This document shows, piece by piece, positions 1-10,164 of a stretch of 64,000 bases of DNA. The DNA is taken from contig CAZXLF010000001.1 of the NCBI GenBank assembly GCA_964642015.1, positions 254,375 through 318,374 of the forward strand. Direction: 5' to 3'. The notes beneath the pieces were generated by a model. The model was not told the DNA's origin. It made no database searches and saw nothing but the letters and a program-made list of their open reading frames with translations. The stretch is from an uncultured Planctomycetia bacterium. Lineage in GTDB: Bacteria > Omnitrophota > Gorgyraeia > 2-02-FULL-51-18. Position 1 is the stretch's first letter, and each line of letters opens with the position of its first letter. A program made the position numbers and the translations under genes.

Positions 1-300
1 AAGCTGAAGCACCCGATCTTCGGGGTGAATTTTTATGACAACAACGGTTTTATGTACTGTGCGAACAGCGATTATGAAAGCGTGGCTTTTGGCGATGTGC
101 CGTTGAAGCGTTTGAAGATCATAGTGCGGGTTCCGGAATTTCATTTACCGATGAATAACTACCTGTGTTCTGCGGTGATCGCTGACCAGAATCCGGATAA
201 TTTAATGGATTGGCATAATATGACTTACCGCTTGACGGTAGGACGCGCTAAGAACTCGAGGGGGTCGGTTAAGCTGAAGACCCAATGGAGTGTGGAATGA
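1..300 (+). CDS. 3' end of a hypothetical protein; the ORF is open from the window edge
   Basis: The reading frame is open from nt 1 with no upstream stop in the window. Its stop at 298-300 overlaps the next start (ATGA). No recognisable motifs. Confidence 0.4.
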   Translation, partial: KLKHPIFGVNFYDNNGFMYCANSDYESVAFGDVPLKRLKIIVRVPEFHLPMNNYLCSAVIADQNPDNLMDWHNMTYRLTVGRAKNSRGSVKLKTQWSVE

Positions 301-1052
301 TCACGGGTACGGTCAAGAAAGCCGCTAAAAAAATATTGAAACCGTTCTTCCGACGGTTTCAGGATCCAATCCAATACACTTCAGATTCTCGCTGGGTAGA
401 AGTAAATAAGAAATTAAGCCAATCCAAAACGATCGTTGATCTGGGATGCGGCAATAATCCGGTCAAAGGTGCTACGGTTGCCGTCGATCAATATGTGGAG
501 CCCAAGGAAAGGATCTGCGGTTTCGGGCCTACGATCGATCTTAAGAAAATGGAACAGCAAAACATCAGATTTGTGAACACTCGAGTCGATGCGCCGCTGC
601 CGTTCAAGGATAAGGAATTTGATTTCGCGTACAGCCATCATGCGTTCGAGCATTTTGAAAATCTTCGAACGGCGTGTGATGAAATGATGAGGATCGCGAA
701 AGCAGGAGCTATTATTACGCCGTCTATATTTGCTGAATTTATTTTTGGACGTTCTTACCACCGGTGGATGGTCATGCAGCGTGAAGATATGCTGCTTTTC
801 TTTAAAAAAAGAGCTTTTGAGGATCGGCCTTTCGGAGAACATCCCCGATGGGACGAGGATCATAAAAAATGGGTGCTTGAAGAGCAGACTAATCCTTTTG
901 AGATCTTATTGAACGATGAAAATTGGTATCAAGGCAGGGAAGGCATGCCGCGTTTATCGAACACCATCCGCAAGCATTGGTACGGCAGAACGCCGTTGAT
1001 GGAAGTCGTTTTTCTCTGGGAATCCAGTTTTAAATATCAAATTTATGAATAA
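297..1052 (+). CDS. class I SAM-dependent methyltransferase
   Basis: Glycine-rich SAM-binding motif I 'VDLGCGNNP' followed by an acidic residue pattern. Start chosen at ATG 297, which overlaps the upstream stop. Confidence 0.65.
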   Translation: MITGTVKKAAKKILKPFFRRFQDPIQYTSDSRWVEVNKKLSQSKTIVDLGCGNNPVKGATVAVDQYVEPKERICGFGPTIDLKKMEQQNIRFVNTRVDAPLPFKDKEFDFAYSHHAFEHFENLRTACDEMMRIAKAGAIITPSIFAEFIFGRSYHRWMVMQREDMLLFFKKRAFEDRPFGEHPRWDEDHKKWVLEEQTNPFEILLNDENWYQGREGMPRLSNTIRKHWYGRTPLMEVVFLWESSFKYQIYE

Positions 1053-2199
1053 GAAAAAATTAACATTAGCTGTGATCCCTACGGATCCGTTGGAATTTTA
1101 TCTAGCCTCGGGTTATACAGACCCATGGCTTAGGTCTTATTTTAATCCCTGCGGATTTTTTGATAAGGTTTACATTCTTTCATCGCGCGAGAAAAGCAAT
1201 TCAAACCTCTTAGGTTTTGAATCGATTTATACGGAGCCCGCAGAGTTGAAACAGCGTCTCAAAGACCTGAACGTCGACATGGTGCGTGCTTATGGCGGGC
1301 ACTGGGCATGTGCGATGGCCTGTGATTTCAAAGCCGAAGATATTCCGGTCATGGTATCGGTGCATGATATGGATCCCGAACTACTTTGTGATTCTATCAA
1401 GCGGGCCGATTTTGTTCTTTGTGTATCCGAAGCGGTGAGAAACTTCGTGCTTACAAAATTCAAATATCCCGAGCGGGTCTGGGTTCTCCCGAATCGCGTG
1501 AACTTTGATGTTATGCGCCCTTACTCCAAAGAATCCTGCGGCGATCTGAGTGCCAAATATCCGTTCAAATTCAAGATTGTTCATGTCGGCAGAAAAAGAC
1601 CGCAAAAGAACCTTGATAATCTGATCAAGGCCTTGAAGATCCTAGGGCCTGATTATTGTTTGTTGGCTTCCGGCAAAGGCGATACGGAATTTTACGCACA
1701 GATCGCGAAAAGCGAAGGAGTGTCGGACCGTTGTTTTTTGATCGATGCGATTTCCAATGACGAATTGGCCAGATATTATTCCTGGGCTGACTGCATGTGC
1801 AATCCAAGCCGCCATGAAGGCTTTGGGATCGTATTCATTGAAGCGCTGGCATGCGGAGCGGCGGTCGTTACTTCGGACATCGCTCCGATGAACGAATATA
1901 TCACGAATTTGGAAAATGGCATCCTTGTCAAAGATTATGAAAATCCTGAAGCGCTTGCAAAAGCCGTTTCGGCCGCCTGTAATGACGTCAAAATCCGTGA
2001 AAAGATAAAAACCAATGCTAGATCCAGCGTTGGGCGTTTTGAAAAAAGCAAGGTCGATCAATTAGAGGCCGATTATTACCGGAAGGCGCTTGAGATGGGA
2101 CCGAATCACCGGTCTTTTTTTGAAAAGCTGCCCGATTTTGTTTATTACAGGATGCTCGAAACGAAAAACCGTATTTTCAAGAAAGAAGTGTTGAAATGA
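1045..2199 (+). CDS. glycosyltransferase family 4 (GT-B fold)
   Basis: C-terminal 'EGFGIVFIEALACGAAVVTSDI' matches the E-x7-E motif characteristic of GT4 retaining glycosyltransferases. Confidence 0.8.
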   Translation: MNKKKLTLAVIPTDPLEFYLASGYTDPWLRSYFNPCGFFDKVYILSSREKSNSNLLGFESIYTEPAELKQRLKDLNVDMVRAYGGHWACAMACDFKAEDIPVMVSVHDMDPELLCDSIKRADFVLCVSEAVRNFVLTKFKYPERVWVLPNRVNFDVMRPYSKESCGDLSAKYPFKFKIVHVGRKRPQKNLDNLIKALKILGPDYCLLASGKGDTEFYAQIAKSEGVSDRCFLIDAISNDELARYYSWADCMCNPSRHEGFGIVFIEALACGAAVVTSDIAPMNEYITNLENGILVKDYENPEALAKAVSAACNDVKIREKIKTNARSSVGRFEKSKVDQLEADYYRKALEMGPNHRSFFEKLPDFVYYRMLETKNRIFKKEVLK

Positions 2200-4505
2200 A
2201 AAAGACAGATCTTAAGAAAGCGATCAAATCCGCCGGCAAGTCGGGGATCAATTTTATGTTTGAATTCCTGATGCGCCAGTCCAAAACCCATAAAGGCCGG
2301 GTTCTTTACGATGCGTGTGAACTGAAGCTCTTGCGTGAAGCATTGGCGACGCAAAATCTATTTGGCATGGACGGATATATGGTTTCAACATTCGAAAAGG
2401 AATTTGCTGAAAACTACGGAGTACCTTATGGCGTTGCTTCTACATCGGGAACAGCGGCGATCCACACGGCGCTTGGCGCGTTGGACTTGAATGCCGGAGA
2501 TGAGGTGATCACGGCACCGATCACCGATCTGGGCACGATCATTCCTATTCTTTGTCAGAACGCGATCCCTGTATTTGCAGATACCGATGACACTTGCCAG
2601 ATGGACCCCGAAGATATTGAGAGAAAGATCACTTCGCGCACCAAAGCGATCCTGGTGGTGCATCTTTTTGGAAACGCCTGCGACATGGACCGTATTGCAG
2701 CGATCGCGAAGCATCATCAGATCCCTCTGATCGAAGATTGTTCTCAAGCGCATTTGACCGAATACAAGGGAAAATATGTTGGCACGATCGGAGATATTGG
2801 CTGTTTTAGTTTTCAACAATCTAAGCACATGACTACCGGCGACGGCGGAATGACGATCACTTCAAATAAAGACTATTATGAGCGCATGAAACTTTTTGTC
2901 GACAAAGGCTATGCGCGAAAAGGATGGGGAACGCGTGCTTATTTGTTCCACGCGCCGAATTATCGAATGAATGAACTGACTGCCGCGGTCGGCCGCGCTC
3001 AGCTTCAAAAAGTGAAAGCTGTTGTTGAAAAGCGGCACAAGATGGGTTTAGAGATGACACAGCTTTTGAAAGGCATCCAGACGATCACACCGGTTCCGAC
3101 AACAGAAGGCGCGAGTCATTCTTATTGGCTTTATCCGTTCAAAATCGAAGGAGTTGATCTTGAGCTTTTCTGTAAGGAGATGATCAAGCGCGGTGTTTAT
3201 GCGATGGCCGGATACACCGGGAAAGCCATTTATCTTTGCACCGAGTCGCTCAGAGCAAAAAAAACTTATGGTGATTCGCAGCTGCCTTTTAGTTGGAGAA
3301 AGGATAAAAATTTTGAGTATAAGGAAGGGCTTTGCCCGAAAGCGGAAAAGGCTTTGGAGACTCTTGTTTGCGTTCCTTGGAACGAGAGTTGGGGAACTGT
3401 GGGTGTCGAAAAAGCTGCGCGTGTGATCAAAGAATCGCTGGAAAAGGTAAGTGGTAAGACGGTCTTAGTTGCCAAAGAAATTTTTCAGAAGGATTCAAAT
3501 ACTGCTTCTTCGGAAAAATCTCAAGCGCAGAAATTACGTATCGGATTGATCGGTTGCGGTCAGATCGGCCACGCGCATATGGAAGCTTACAGAACCAATC
3601 CAAACGCCAAGATCATTGCGGTTGTGGACACAGACATTGACCGCGCGGAAAAATTCGCCAATGAAATAGGTGCCAAAGCGTACAAGTCTCATCGCGAAAT
3701 GATCCAGAATGAGAAACTGGACGGCGTTAGTCTCTGCACCGTACCGTCATCCCACCGGGATATTACGCTTGATCTCCTGGATGCCGGTATTCATGTTCTT
3801 TGCGAAAAACCGCTGGCATTATCGGTGGTTCAAGCCGAAGAGATGATCAACAAGGCAGCGCAAAAAAACCGCATTCTTTTGACGGCATTTAAACTGAGAT
3901 TTTTTGAGGAAGTGATCAAAGCCAAAGAAATGATCTCGAAAGGGGAGCTCGGCAAGCCCCTTACTTTTCGTCTGATGTTCGGCGGTTACATGGATATGGC
4001 CGGTACTTGGTATTCGAAAAAAGAAATATCCGGCGGCGGCGTGATTATGGATAACGGTCCCCACGCGATAGATCTGATCCATTATTTATTCGGCGAGGTA
4101 GCTAATGTTTCGGTGGATGCTTCGGATGTCAAAAATTTGGGCGTGGAAGATACGGCTAAACTGAATCTCGTTTTAAAAAACGGGACCGTTGGCACGATCG
4201 ATCTCAGCTGGCCGGCTTATGTCACACCGCAATCTTACTTAGAGATCATCGGAGACGAAGGGACGGCATTGCTTGATTTTTCAGGGATCACTTATAAATT
4301 AAAAACATGGGGCAATTGGAAAAGAGTGTTGAACCATTCCGGGCCTGATGAGGCATTCGCCAGACAGATCGAACATTTCCTGAATGCCATTGCCGGAAAG
4401 AAATATCCAGTGATCAATGCGCAGGCCGGTCTTCAGTCACAAAAAGTTTTGGAGGCAGCGTATCAGTCTATCAGCAAAGGAACACGAGTCAACATTGCTA
4501 ATTAA
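2196..4505 (+). CDS. bifunctional fusion: DegT/DnrJ/EryC1-type PLP sugar aminotransferase (N-terminal) and Gfo/Idh/MocA-family NAD(P) sugar dehydrogenase (C-terminal)
   Basis: N-terminal half has an aminotransferase fold with 'ASTSGTAAIHTAL' and a PLP-lysine context 'FSFQQSKHMTTGDGG'. C-terminal half begins with the Rossmann motif 'LRIGLIGCGQIGHAHMEAY' and 'LCEKPLA', typical of Gfo/Idh/MocA. A Ser/Gln-rich linker separates the halves at ~nt 3440-3560. Confidence 0.8.
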   Translation: MKKTDLKKAIKSAGKSGINFMFEFLMRQSKTHKGRVLYDACELKLLREALATQNLFGMDGYMVSTFEKEFAENYGVPYGVASTSGTAAIHTALGALDLNAGDEVITAPITDLGTIIPILCQNAIPVFADTDDTCQMDPEDIERKITSRTKAILVVHLFGNACDMDRIAAIAKHHQIPLIEDCSQAHLTEYKGKYVGTIGDIGCFSFQQSKHMTTGDGGMTITSNKDYYERMKLFVDKGYARKGWGTRAYLFHAPNYRMNELTAAVGRAQLQKVKAVVEKRHKMGLEMTQLLKGIQTITPVPTTEGASHSYWLYPFKIEGVDLELFCKEMIKRGVYAMAGYTGKAIYLCTESLRAKKTYGDSQLPFSWRKDKNFEYKEGLCPKAEKALETLVCVPWNESWGTVGVEKAARVIKESLEKVSGKTVLVAKEIFQKDSNTASSEKSQAQKLRIGLIGCGQIGHAHMEAYRTNPNAKIIAVVDTDIDRAEKFANEIGAKAYKSHREMIQNEKLDGVSLCTVPSSHRDITLDLLDAGIHVLCEKPLALSVVQAEEMINKAAQKNRILLTAFKLRFFEEVIKAKEMISKGELGKPLTFRLMFGGYMDMAGTWYSKKEISGGGVIMDNGPHAIDLIHYLFGEVANVSVDASDVKNLGVEDTAKLNLVLKNGTVGTIDLSWPAYVTPQSYLEIIGDEGTALLDFSGITYKLKTWGNWKRVLNHSGPDEAFARQIEHFLNAIAGKKYPVINAQAGLQSQKVLEAAYQSISKGTRVNIAN

Positions 4506-4514
4506 GGGGGAATA

Positions 4515-5489
4515 ATGAGTTTGTTGAATCTTTTCAGTTTCGAAAAAAAAGTGGATATGAGCAAACCTGTTGATGAAAAGGTGTGTGTGCAAAAAGCTAT
4601 TCAATGGGTGAGAAATAACCGCGTGCCTAACTCCGGCGTCAGACAGAGCCACAATCGAGAACTTATTACGCCGGAAGTAACCGGCTATTTGATCGACAGT
4701 CTGTATCGCATTGGCGAAAAAGAATTGGCTTATGATCTGGCGCGTTGGGAAGTGTCCATTCAGAAACCAAACGGCGCTTTCGGGGCTCCCGATGGTGTTG
4801 CTTACACGTTTGATACGGCTCAGGTGGCTCGGGGGTTCTTGTCGCTATTGGACGGCAAGCCTGAATTTGAAGCGCCGCTTCGCCGCGCCTGTGATTATGT
4901 GGATAAAATGATCGCCGCGGACGGAAATGTGACTCACGAAACCTATGACATGTGGTATCTGCCGGACGGCACGGTATTGTCAGAGTATGGGAATTTATAT
5001 GTGCTGCCACCGATGCTTCAAGCGGGAAAAAAATTGAATGAGCCCCGGTATACCGCTGCCGCCAAAAGAGGCATGGAATATTTCAGGAAAAAACCGGATC
5101 TTGTTGAGTTTAAATCCGAACTCGCGATGTTATCGCATTATTTCGGTTACATGATGGAAGCGCTCGTTGATCTGGGTGAGGTCGAGCTTGCGAAAAAAGG
5201 ACTGAAGCAGGCGCTGGCTGTTCAGCGAAAAGACGGATCGATCCCGGCGTATCCCGGTGTCAACTGGGTGTGCTCGACCGGCATGGCACAGCTGGCGATC
5301 GCGTGGTACAAACTTGGCGATCGTGAACCCGCGGACAAAGCGATGAATTATCTTTTCCGTCTTCAAAACCCAAGCGGTGGTTTTTACGGCGGATACGGCA
5401 AAGGCGCTGCATATTTTCCTGATGCTGAGATCAGTTGGGCAGTTAAATTTTTTCTTGATGCGGTCATGTTGAGGAACAAGGCGAAGTAA
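4515..5489 (+). CDS. hypothetical protein with prenyltransferase/squalene-cyclase-like (alpha/alpha toroid) repeats
   Basis: Three repeats of the Q-x-x-(D/N)G-(G/A/S)-(F/W/I) type: 'QKPNGAFGAPDGVAYTFDTAQ', 'QRKDGSIPAYPGVNWVCSTGMAQ', 'QNPSGGFYGGYG'. Strong RBS GGGGG upstream. Confidence 0.45.
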   Translation: MSLLNLFSFEKKVDMSKPVDEKVCVQKAIQWVRNNRVPNSGVRQSHNRELITPEVTGYLIDSLYRIGEKELAYDLARWEVSIQKPNGAFGAPDGVAYTFDTAQVARGFLSLLDGKPEFEAPLRRACDYVDKMIAADGNVTHETYDMWYLPDGTVLSEYGNLYVLPPMLQAGKKLNEPRYTAAAKRGMEYFRKKPDLVEFKSELAMLSHYFGYMMEALVDLGEVELAKKGLKQALAVQRKDGSIPAYPGVNWVCSTGMAQLAIAWYKLGDREPADKAMNYLFRLQNPSGGFYGGYGKGAAYFPDAEISWAVKFFLDAVMLRNKAK

Positions 5490-5493
5490 CATC

Positions 5494-6411
5494 ATGGAAA
5501 ACGATTCTTCCAAGGTCAGCATCATACTCCCGACTTACAACGGATCAAAACTGATCCGCCGGTCGATCGACAGCTGCCTTGCCCAGACACACAAGAATTT
5601 CGAATTGATCATTATTGACGATTGTTCGACTGATGATACGCCGTCGATCGTGAGATCTTATACGGATCCGCGTATCCATTATTTCCGTAATGAGAAAAAT
5701 CAGCGCTTGCCGCGATCTCTTAACATCGGTTTTGCAAAAGCTACTGGAGAATATCTAACCTGGACTTCAGATGATAATGAATACATGCTGGAGGCGATCG
5801 AAAAAATGCTTCGCATGTTCAGATCTGATCCGGAACTGGGATTTGTTTACGCGGATTTTTGGGCTTATTACGAAGATTCGGGCAAGAAGGAAGTTATCTC
5901 GCTGGGCAGTCTCGACCTGAAAGTAAGGAACCGTATCGGCGGTGCTTTTATGTATACGAGAAAAGTTTATGAAGCTATCGGGGATTACAATCCTTATTAC
6001 GAAATGGTGGAAGATTATGATTACTGGCTTAGGATCTTCAAAAGATTCAAAACAGCCAATCTCGCGGAGCCGGTCTATCTTTACCGTTATCATGCGCAGT
6101 CGCTGACAACGACGCGCCAGAATAACCAAGAACTTTTCGATATGATCTTGAAATACAGGAATGGTTATGTATCTTTGTCTAAACTGGGATGGACCGGTGC
6201 GTATTATCTTGAAAATATCACAAGATCCAACCGGCCGGCGGGAGAGAAAATAAAAATCCTTTTGCATGCTTGTTCGACGCTTTTTGGATTGTCCGTACCA
6301 TTTTTTTTATTGTTCATTTTTTTAACCATTTATTATTCCATTTACAAGAGCATCCGTTCATTTTTTGTCAGTACTTCGATTTTAAAAACACATCATAGGA
6401 GTTTGTTATGA
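5494..6411 (+). CDS. glycosyltransferase family 2 with C-terminal membrane segment
   Basis: 'VSIILPTYNGSKLIRRSIDSCLAQTHKNFELIIIDDCSTDDT' is a canonical GT2 N-terminus with a DxD region. The hydrophobic C-terminus suggests a membrane anchor. Confidence 0.8.
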   Translation: MENDSSKVSIILPTYNGSKLIRRSIDSCLAQTHKNFELIIIDDCSTDDTPSIVRSYTDPRIHYFRNEKNQRLPRSLNIGFAKATGEYLTWTSDDNEYMLEAIEKMLRMFRSDPELGFVYADFWAYYEDSGKKEVISLGSLDLKVRNRIGGAFMYTRKVYEAIGDYNPYYEMVEDYDYWLRIFKRFKTANLAEPVYLYRYHAQSLTTTRQNNQELFDMILKYRNGYVSLSKLGWTGAYYLENITRSNRPAGEKIKILLHACSTLFGLSVPFFLLFIFLTIYYSIYKSIRSFFVSTSILKTHHRSLL

Positions 6412-7385
6412 GGATATTGGTCGTCGGCGGGGCGGGATACATAGGGTCGAACATGGTGCGGATGCTTCTTGAGAAGAGACATAAGGTCGTCGTGTTCGAC
6501 AATTTGAGCACAGGCCACAAGGAATTTGTGCCCAAGGAAGCCGTTTTTTTTAAAGGAGACCTGAGAAGTATCCGGGATGTCGAGTCGATCTTTAAATTGT
6601 ACAAGATCGATGCTGTGATGCACTTTGCAGCCTCGGCGCTCGTCGGAGAATCGGTGGAAAATCCTTTGAAGTATTATGACAACAACGTTTCCGCCTGTAT
6701 CAATCTGCTCAAGGCAATGGTCGCTCACAAGGTCAATTATTTTATCTTTTCATCCACATGCGCGACCTTCGGAGAACCGAAAAAAGTTCCCATGGATGAA
6801 ACCCATGAACAGAATCCGGTAAACCCCTATGGGCGATCAAAGCTGATGATCGAAAAAATCCTGCAGGATCTTTCCCGTGCGGACCAGATGAATTATGTGG
6901 CTTTGCGTTATTTCAACGCTTGCGGAGCGCATCCTTCCGGGGAGATCGGGGAGCGCCATGATCCGGAAACGCATTTGATCCCGAATATTTTGAAAGTGGC
7001 TACCGGAGAAAAAAAAGAGCTGATGATCTTCGGGGACGATTATGATACTCCGGACGGCACCTGCATCCGGGATTATATCCATATCGAAGATCTGGCTACC
7101 GCGCATCTTCTGGCGCTTGAAGCGCTGAATAACGGCATGAAGAGCGATTTTTTTAATCTTGGCAGCGAAAAAGGGTATTCAGTGAAAGAGATCATCCGAG
7201 CCGTCGAGCGTGTCACGGGCAAAAAAATTAAGGCCAAAGTTTCTCCGCGAAGACCGGGCGATCCGGCGCGTTTGGTCGCGAAGTCGGATAAAGCAAAAAA
7301 AGTACTGGGCTGGAAGGCTACCTATGATCTTGAAGGTATTATCGAAACGGCGTGGAGATGGCATCGAAAAGAAGCGCATTCATGA
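6408..7385 (+). CDS. galE: UDP-glucose 4-epimerase
   Basis: 'MRILVVGGAGYIGSNMV' NAD-binding motif, catalytic 'YGRSKLMIEK' (YxxxK) and overall GalE architecture at ~325 aa. Confidence 0.85.
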   Translation: MRILVVGGAGYIGSNMVRMLLEKRHKVVVFDNLSTGHKEFVPKEAVFFKGDLRSIRDVESIFKLYKIDAVMHFAASALVGESVENPLKYYDNNVSACINLLKAMVAHKVNYFIFSSTCATFGEPKKVPMDETHEQNPVNPYGRSKLMIEKILQDLSRADQMNYVALRYFNACGAHPSGEIGERHDPETHLIPNILKVATGEKKELMIFGDDYDTPDGTCIRDYIHIEDLATAHLLALEALNNGMKSDFFNLGSEKGYSVKEIIRAVERVTGKKIKAKVSPRRPGDPARLVAKSDKAKKVLGWKATYDLEGIIETAWRWHRKEAHS

Positions 7386-8593
7386 AAGTAGCTTATCTTT
7401 TAAACATATTTCCCAAGATATCGGAAACGTTCATTTTGAACGAAATGCTCGAGATCCAATCCAAAGGGATCTCGATCGGCGTTTTTGCTTATCATGATTC
7501 AAAAGAAGAAAAGACCCAGCCGCGCGCGAAAGAGATCAAGGATGTTCAATATTTTTTCAAAGCCAATTTATTTCAGATCATTTACGCGCATTTGTTCTGG
7601 CTTTCGAGGAAACCCGTTTGCTATGTGAGAATGGTGTGGTTCATTTTGAGGCATGGCGACAGGGTCCGCAAACTTTTCCTGGTGCATTTGTATGATACGG
7701 TACGCGTCTATCAGTGGAAACCCGATCATCTGCATGCGTATTTCGGCGAAGCGCTGGGAGATGTGGCTTCTGCCAATTTGGCGATGGTGCTCCATCTTTT
7801 GTCGGGCATTCCTTATACGTTCACGACTTACGCGCATGACATCTTCGACATGCCGGCGACGAATTACCCGATCAAATCCAAATTGGCCGTGAAGCATGTC
7901 ACCGTTTCCGACTACAACAAACGGTATCTCATAGAAAAATTGGGAGTCGATGAAAAAGATATCGAAGTGATCTTTAGCGGCATCGATTTCAGGCATATTA
8001 GCGCTTTTGCCAATAAAAAAATTCCGTCGGCAAAAAAGCCGCTTATCCTTTGCATCGCGAGACTTTCGAAGGAAAAAGGGCTCGATATTTTGGTCAAGGC
8101 CTGCAAACGTCTTGCCGATCAGGGAATGGAGTTTGAATGCATCATCGTCGGCGACGGAGCGGAAAGGGAATATCTAGCGCGTCTGATCAAAGAGAACGGT
8201 CTTTCGGAAAAAGTCATTTTGGCTGGTTATCAGACCCAACCGCAGGTTTTTGAATGGTTGAATCAGGCGACACTGATGGCATTGCCAAGTTATTCGGAGG
8301 GCATTCCTTTATCTTTAATGGAAGCGATGGCGTTCCGCGTTCCGGTGGTTTCAACCCGTATCTGCGGGATCCCTGAACTGATCGAAGACGGCGAAAGCGG
8401 TTTTTTGGTAAAGCCCGGAGATCCTGAAGGTCTGTCTGAAAGAATAAAGCAGCTTTTGTCGGATGAGGCGCTGCGTCAGAAATTCACGGAGACAGGTTAT
8501 AAGAAAGTTTACGAAGATTTTAATCTTAAAACAGTGATGGACAAGCTTTTGAACATCTGGCCGGCCGCCGCAACCGGAGCCAATAGCCGATGA
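7382..8593 (+). CDS. glycosyltransferase family 4
   Basis: 'EGIPLSLMEAMAFRVPVVSTRICGIPELIEDGESGFLV' EX7E motif. Start at ATG 7382 overlaps the galE stop (ATGA). Confidence 0.8.
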   Translation: MKVAYLLNIFPKISETFILNEMLEIQSKGISIGVFAYHDSKEEKTQPRAKEIKDVQYFFKANLFQIIYAHLFWLSRKPVCYVRMVWFILRHGDRVRKLFLVHLYDTVRVYQWKPDHLHAYFGEALGDVASANLAMVLHLLSGIPYTFTTYAHDIFDMPATNYPIKSKLAVKHVTVSDYNKRYLIEKLGVDEKDIEVIFSGIDFRHISAFANKKIPSAKKPLILCIARLSKEKGLDILVKACKRLADQGMEFECIIVGDGAEREYLARLIKENGLSEKVILAGYQTQPQVFEWLNQATLMALPSYSEGIPLSLMEAMAFRVPVVSTRICGIPELIEDGESGFLVKPGDPEGLSERIKQLLSDEALRQKFTETGYKKVYEDFNLKTVMDKLLNIWPAAATGANSR

Positions 8594-10164
8594 GAAAACA
8601 GATCTTGAGCAATCTTTCGAGCAATTATCTGCTGAGTTTTTTCGGCATGATTCTCGGTTTTTTTCTCGTGCCGTTCCTGATCGGGAAATTGGGGAAAGGT
8701 GTTTACGGTATCATTGTTCTCACCGAATCAACGATCGCTTTTTTTGAGATATTGACCGTTAGTGTGCGCATGGCATTGTCGCGCCACGCGACGTTTGCGC
8801 TGTCACAGGACAAACTTGATGAGTTTGCGGAATATCTTTCGACCGGGTTCAGGGTACTGTATTTTTCAGCGGCGCTTGTATTGATATCAGGCGTTACTCT
8901 GAGCTTGAATTTCCCGAATATTTTTAAGGTCCCCGAAGGTTATGTTTTTGAAAGTAAAGTGCATTTTTTGTTGATCGCGCTCGCTTTTACGGCCGCGATA
9001 CCGAATATCATTTACTGGTCGGGTCTTTATGCGAAACAGCGTTTTGATTTGATCAATTTTTCGACGTCATTCGGGCTTATCATGCGCGCGATCTGTATTT
9101 TTCTATATTATTCCCTGGCCCCGAAAAGATACGCGACGCTGATGCCTTATGGGTTCATTTACCTTGTGATGACTCTAACGCAAAATAGCATGATCTATTT
9201 TTGGTTCAAGAAGATCATCCCTGGCATCAAGATCAGCATGCGGCGTTTCAATCCCGCGAAGGTCAGAGAGATCCTTTCTTTCAGCGCACATACGTCGCTT
9301 ACGCGTGCCAGCGGACTCCTTTATGAGAACACCGCGAACATCATCATTAACATTTTGTGGGGACCTTCTTATAACGCGATCTATTCGGTGGCCCTGAAGC
9401 TGCCGAACATGCTGAGAAAGATCTTTGTGGAACCGACTTGGACTTTGACACCGACATTCACGGACCTGGCGGCCAAGCACGACACCAAAAAGATCGAGAA
9501 CATGCTGTACATGTTCTCCAAGTCGCTGGCGATATTCACTTATCCTATCCTTCTGGGTCTGATGACATTATCAAGCTCCATCATTACTTTATGGGTTGGG
9601 CCCGATTTTTTGATGGCCGCTAAATTGCTCCGCATGTATATTGTGCCGCTTTTTGTTTTCATCCCATTCGCACTTTCGGGTTGCATCTTCAACGCTTACG
9701 CAAAGATCAAGGTGCCCAGCTTCGTCAGTTTTGGAATGGCGCTTTCCAATGTGGCCTGCTGCCTTATTTTTGGATATTTATTTTCTTGGAAACTCTACGG
9801 CATTGCGTTGTCAGCTGTCCTGTCGACCGCGGTATCGTCCACGGTTTACCCGTGGTATTGCTGCCGTATCGCCAAACTTTCGTTAAAAAAATATTGGCTG
9901 GGTTCGATCCTGGGCCCTTTAGCGCTGCTTGGTGCGGTGGCAATTGTTAATTTCTCCATTTTCGAATTATTTCATATCCCCTGGAAACTCAATCTTTTTG
10001 TTTTTGCCGAATTCTCTTTAACCGCTTTGGCATATTATGCGCTTGCTTATAAATTCCTTTTGACGCCGCATGAAAAGCGCCACATAGGCGATATACGGCA
10101 GGCGGTCATGGGAAGATTGAATCCCAGAGCGCTTAAACCTTCAGCGGTGGTGGTGGAGCCATGA
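8590..10164 (+). CDS. Wzx-like polysaccharide flippase (MOP superfamily), copy 1
   Basis: 524 aa, ~12-14 predicted hydrophobic helices, N-terminus 'LSNLSSNYLLSFFGMILGFFLVPFLIGKLG' typical of the polysaccharide biosynthesis protein/Wzx family. Paralogous to 26579-28141. Confidence 0.75.
   Translation: MRKQILSNLSSNYLLSFFGMILGFFLVPFLIGKLGKGVYGIIVLTESTIAFFEILTVSVRMALSRHATFALSQDKLDEFAEYLSTGFRVLYFSAALVLISGVTLSLNFPNIFKVPEGYVFESKVHFLLIALAFTAAIPNIIYWSGLYAKQRFDLINFSTSFGLIMRAICIFLYYSLAPKRYATLMPYGFIYLVMTLTQNSMIYFWFKKIIPGIKISMRRFNPAKVREILSFSAHTSLTRASGLLYENTANIIINILWGPSYNAIYSVALKLPNMLRKIFVEPTWTLTPTFTDLAAKHDTKKIENMLYMFSKSLAIFTYPILLGLMTLSSSIITLWVGPDFLMAAKLLRMYIVPLFVFIPFALSGCIFNAYAKIKVPSFVSFGMALSNVACCLIFGYLFSWKLYGIALSAVLSTAVSSTVYPWYCCRIAKLSLKKYWLGSILGPLALLGAVAIVNFSIFELFHIPWKLNLFVFAEFSLTALAYYALAYKFLLTPHEKRHIGDIRQAVMGRLNPRALKPSAVVVEP

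Noticed and set aside
25-300. Complete 91-aa gene starting at ATG 25
   Set aside because: The frame is open back to nt 1, so this is more likely the tail of a longer gene beginning upstream of the window.
414-863. 149-aa minus-strand ORF
   Set aside because: Antisense to the methyltransferase CDS 297-1052, which has a clear SAM-binding motif and operon context.
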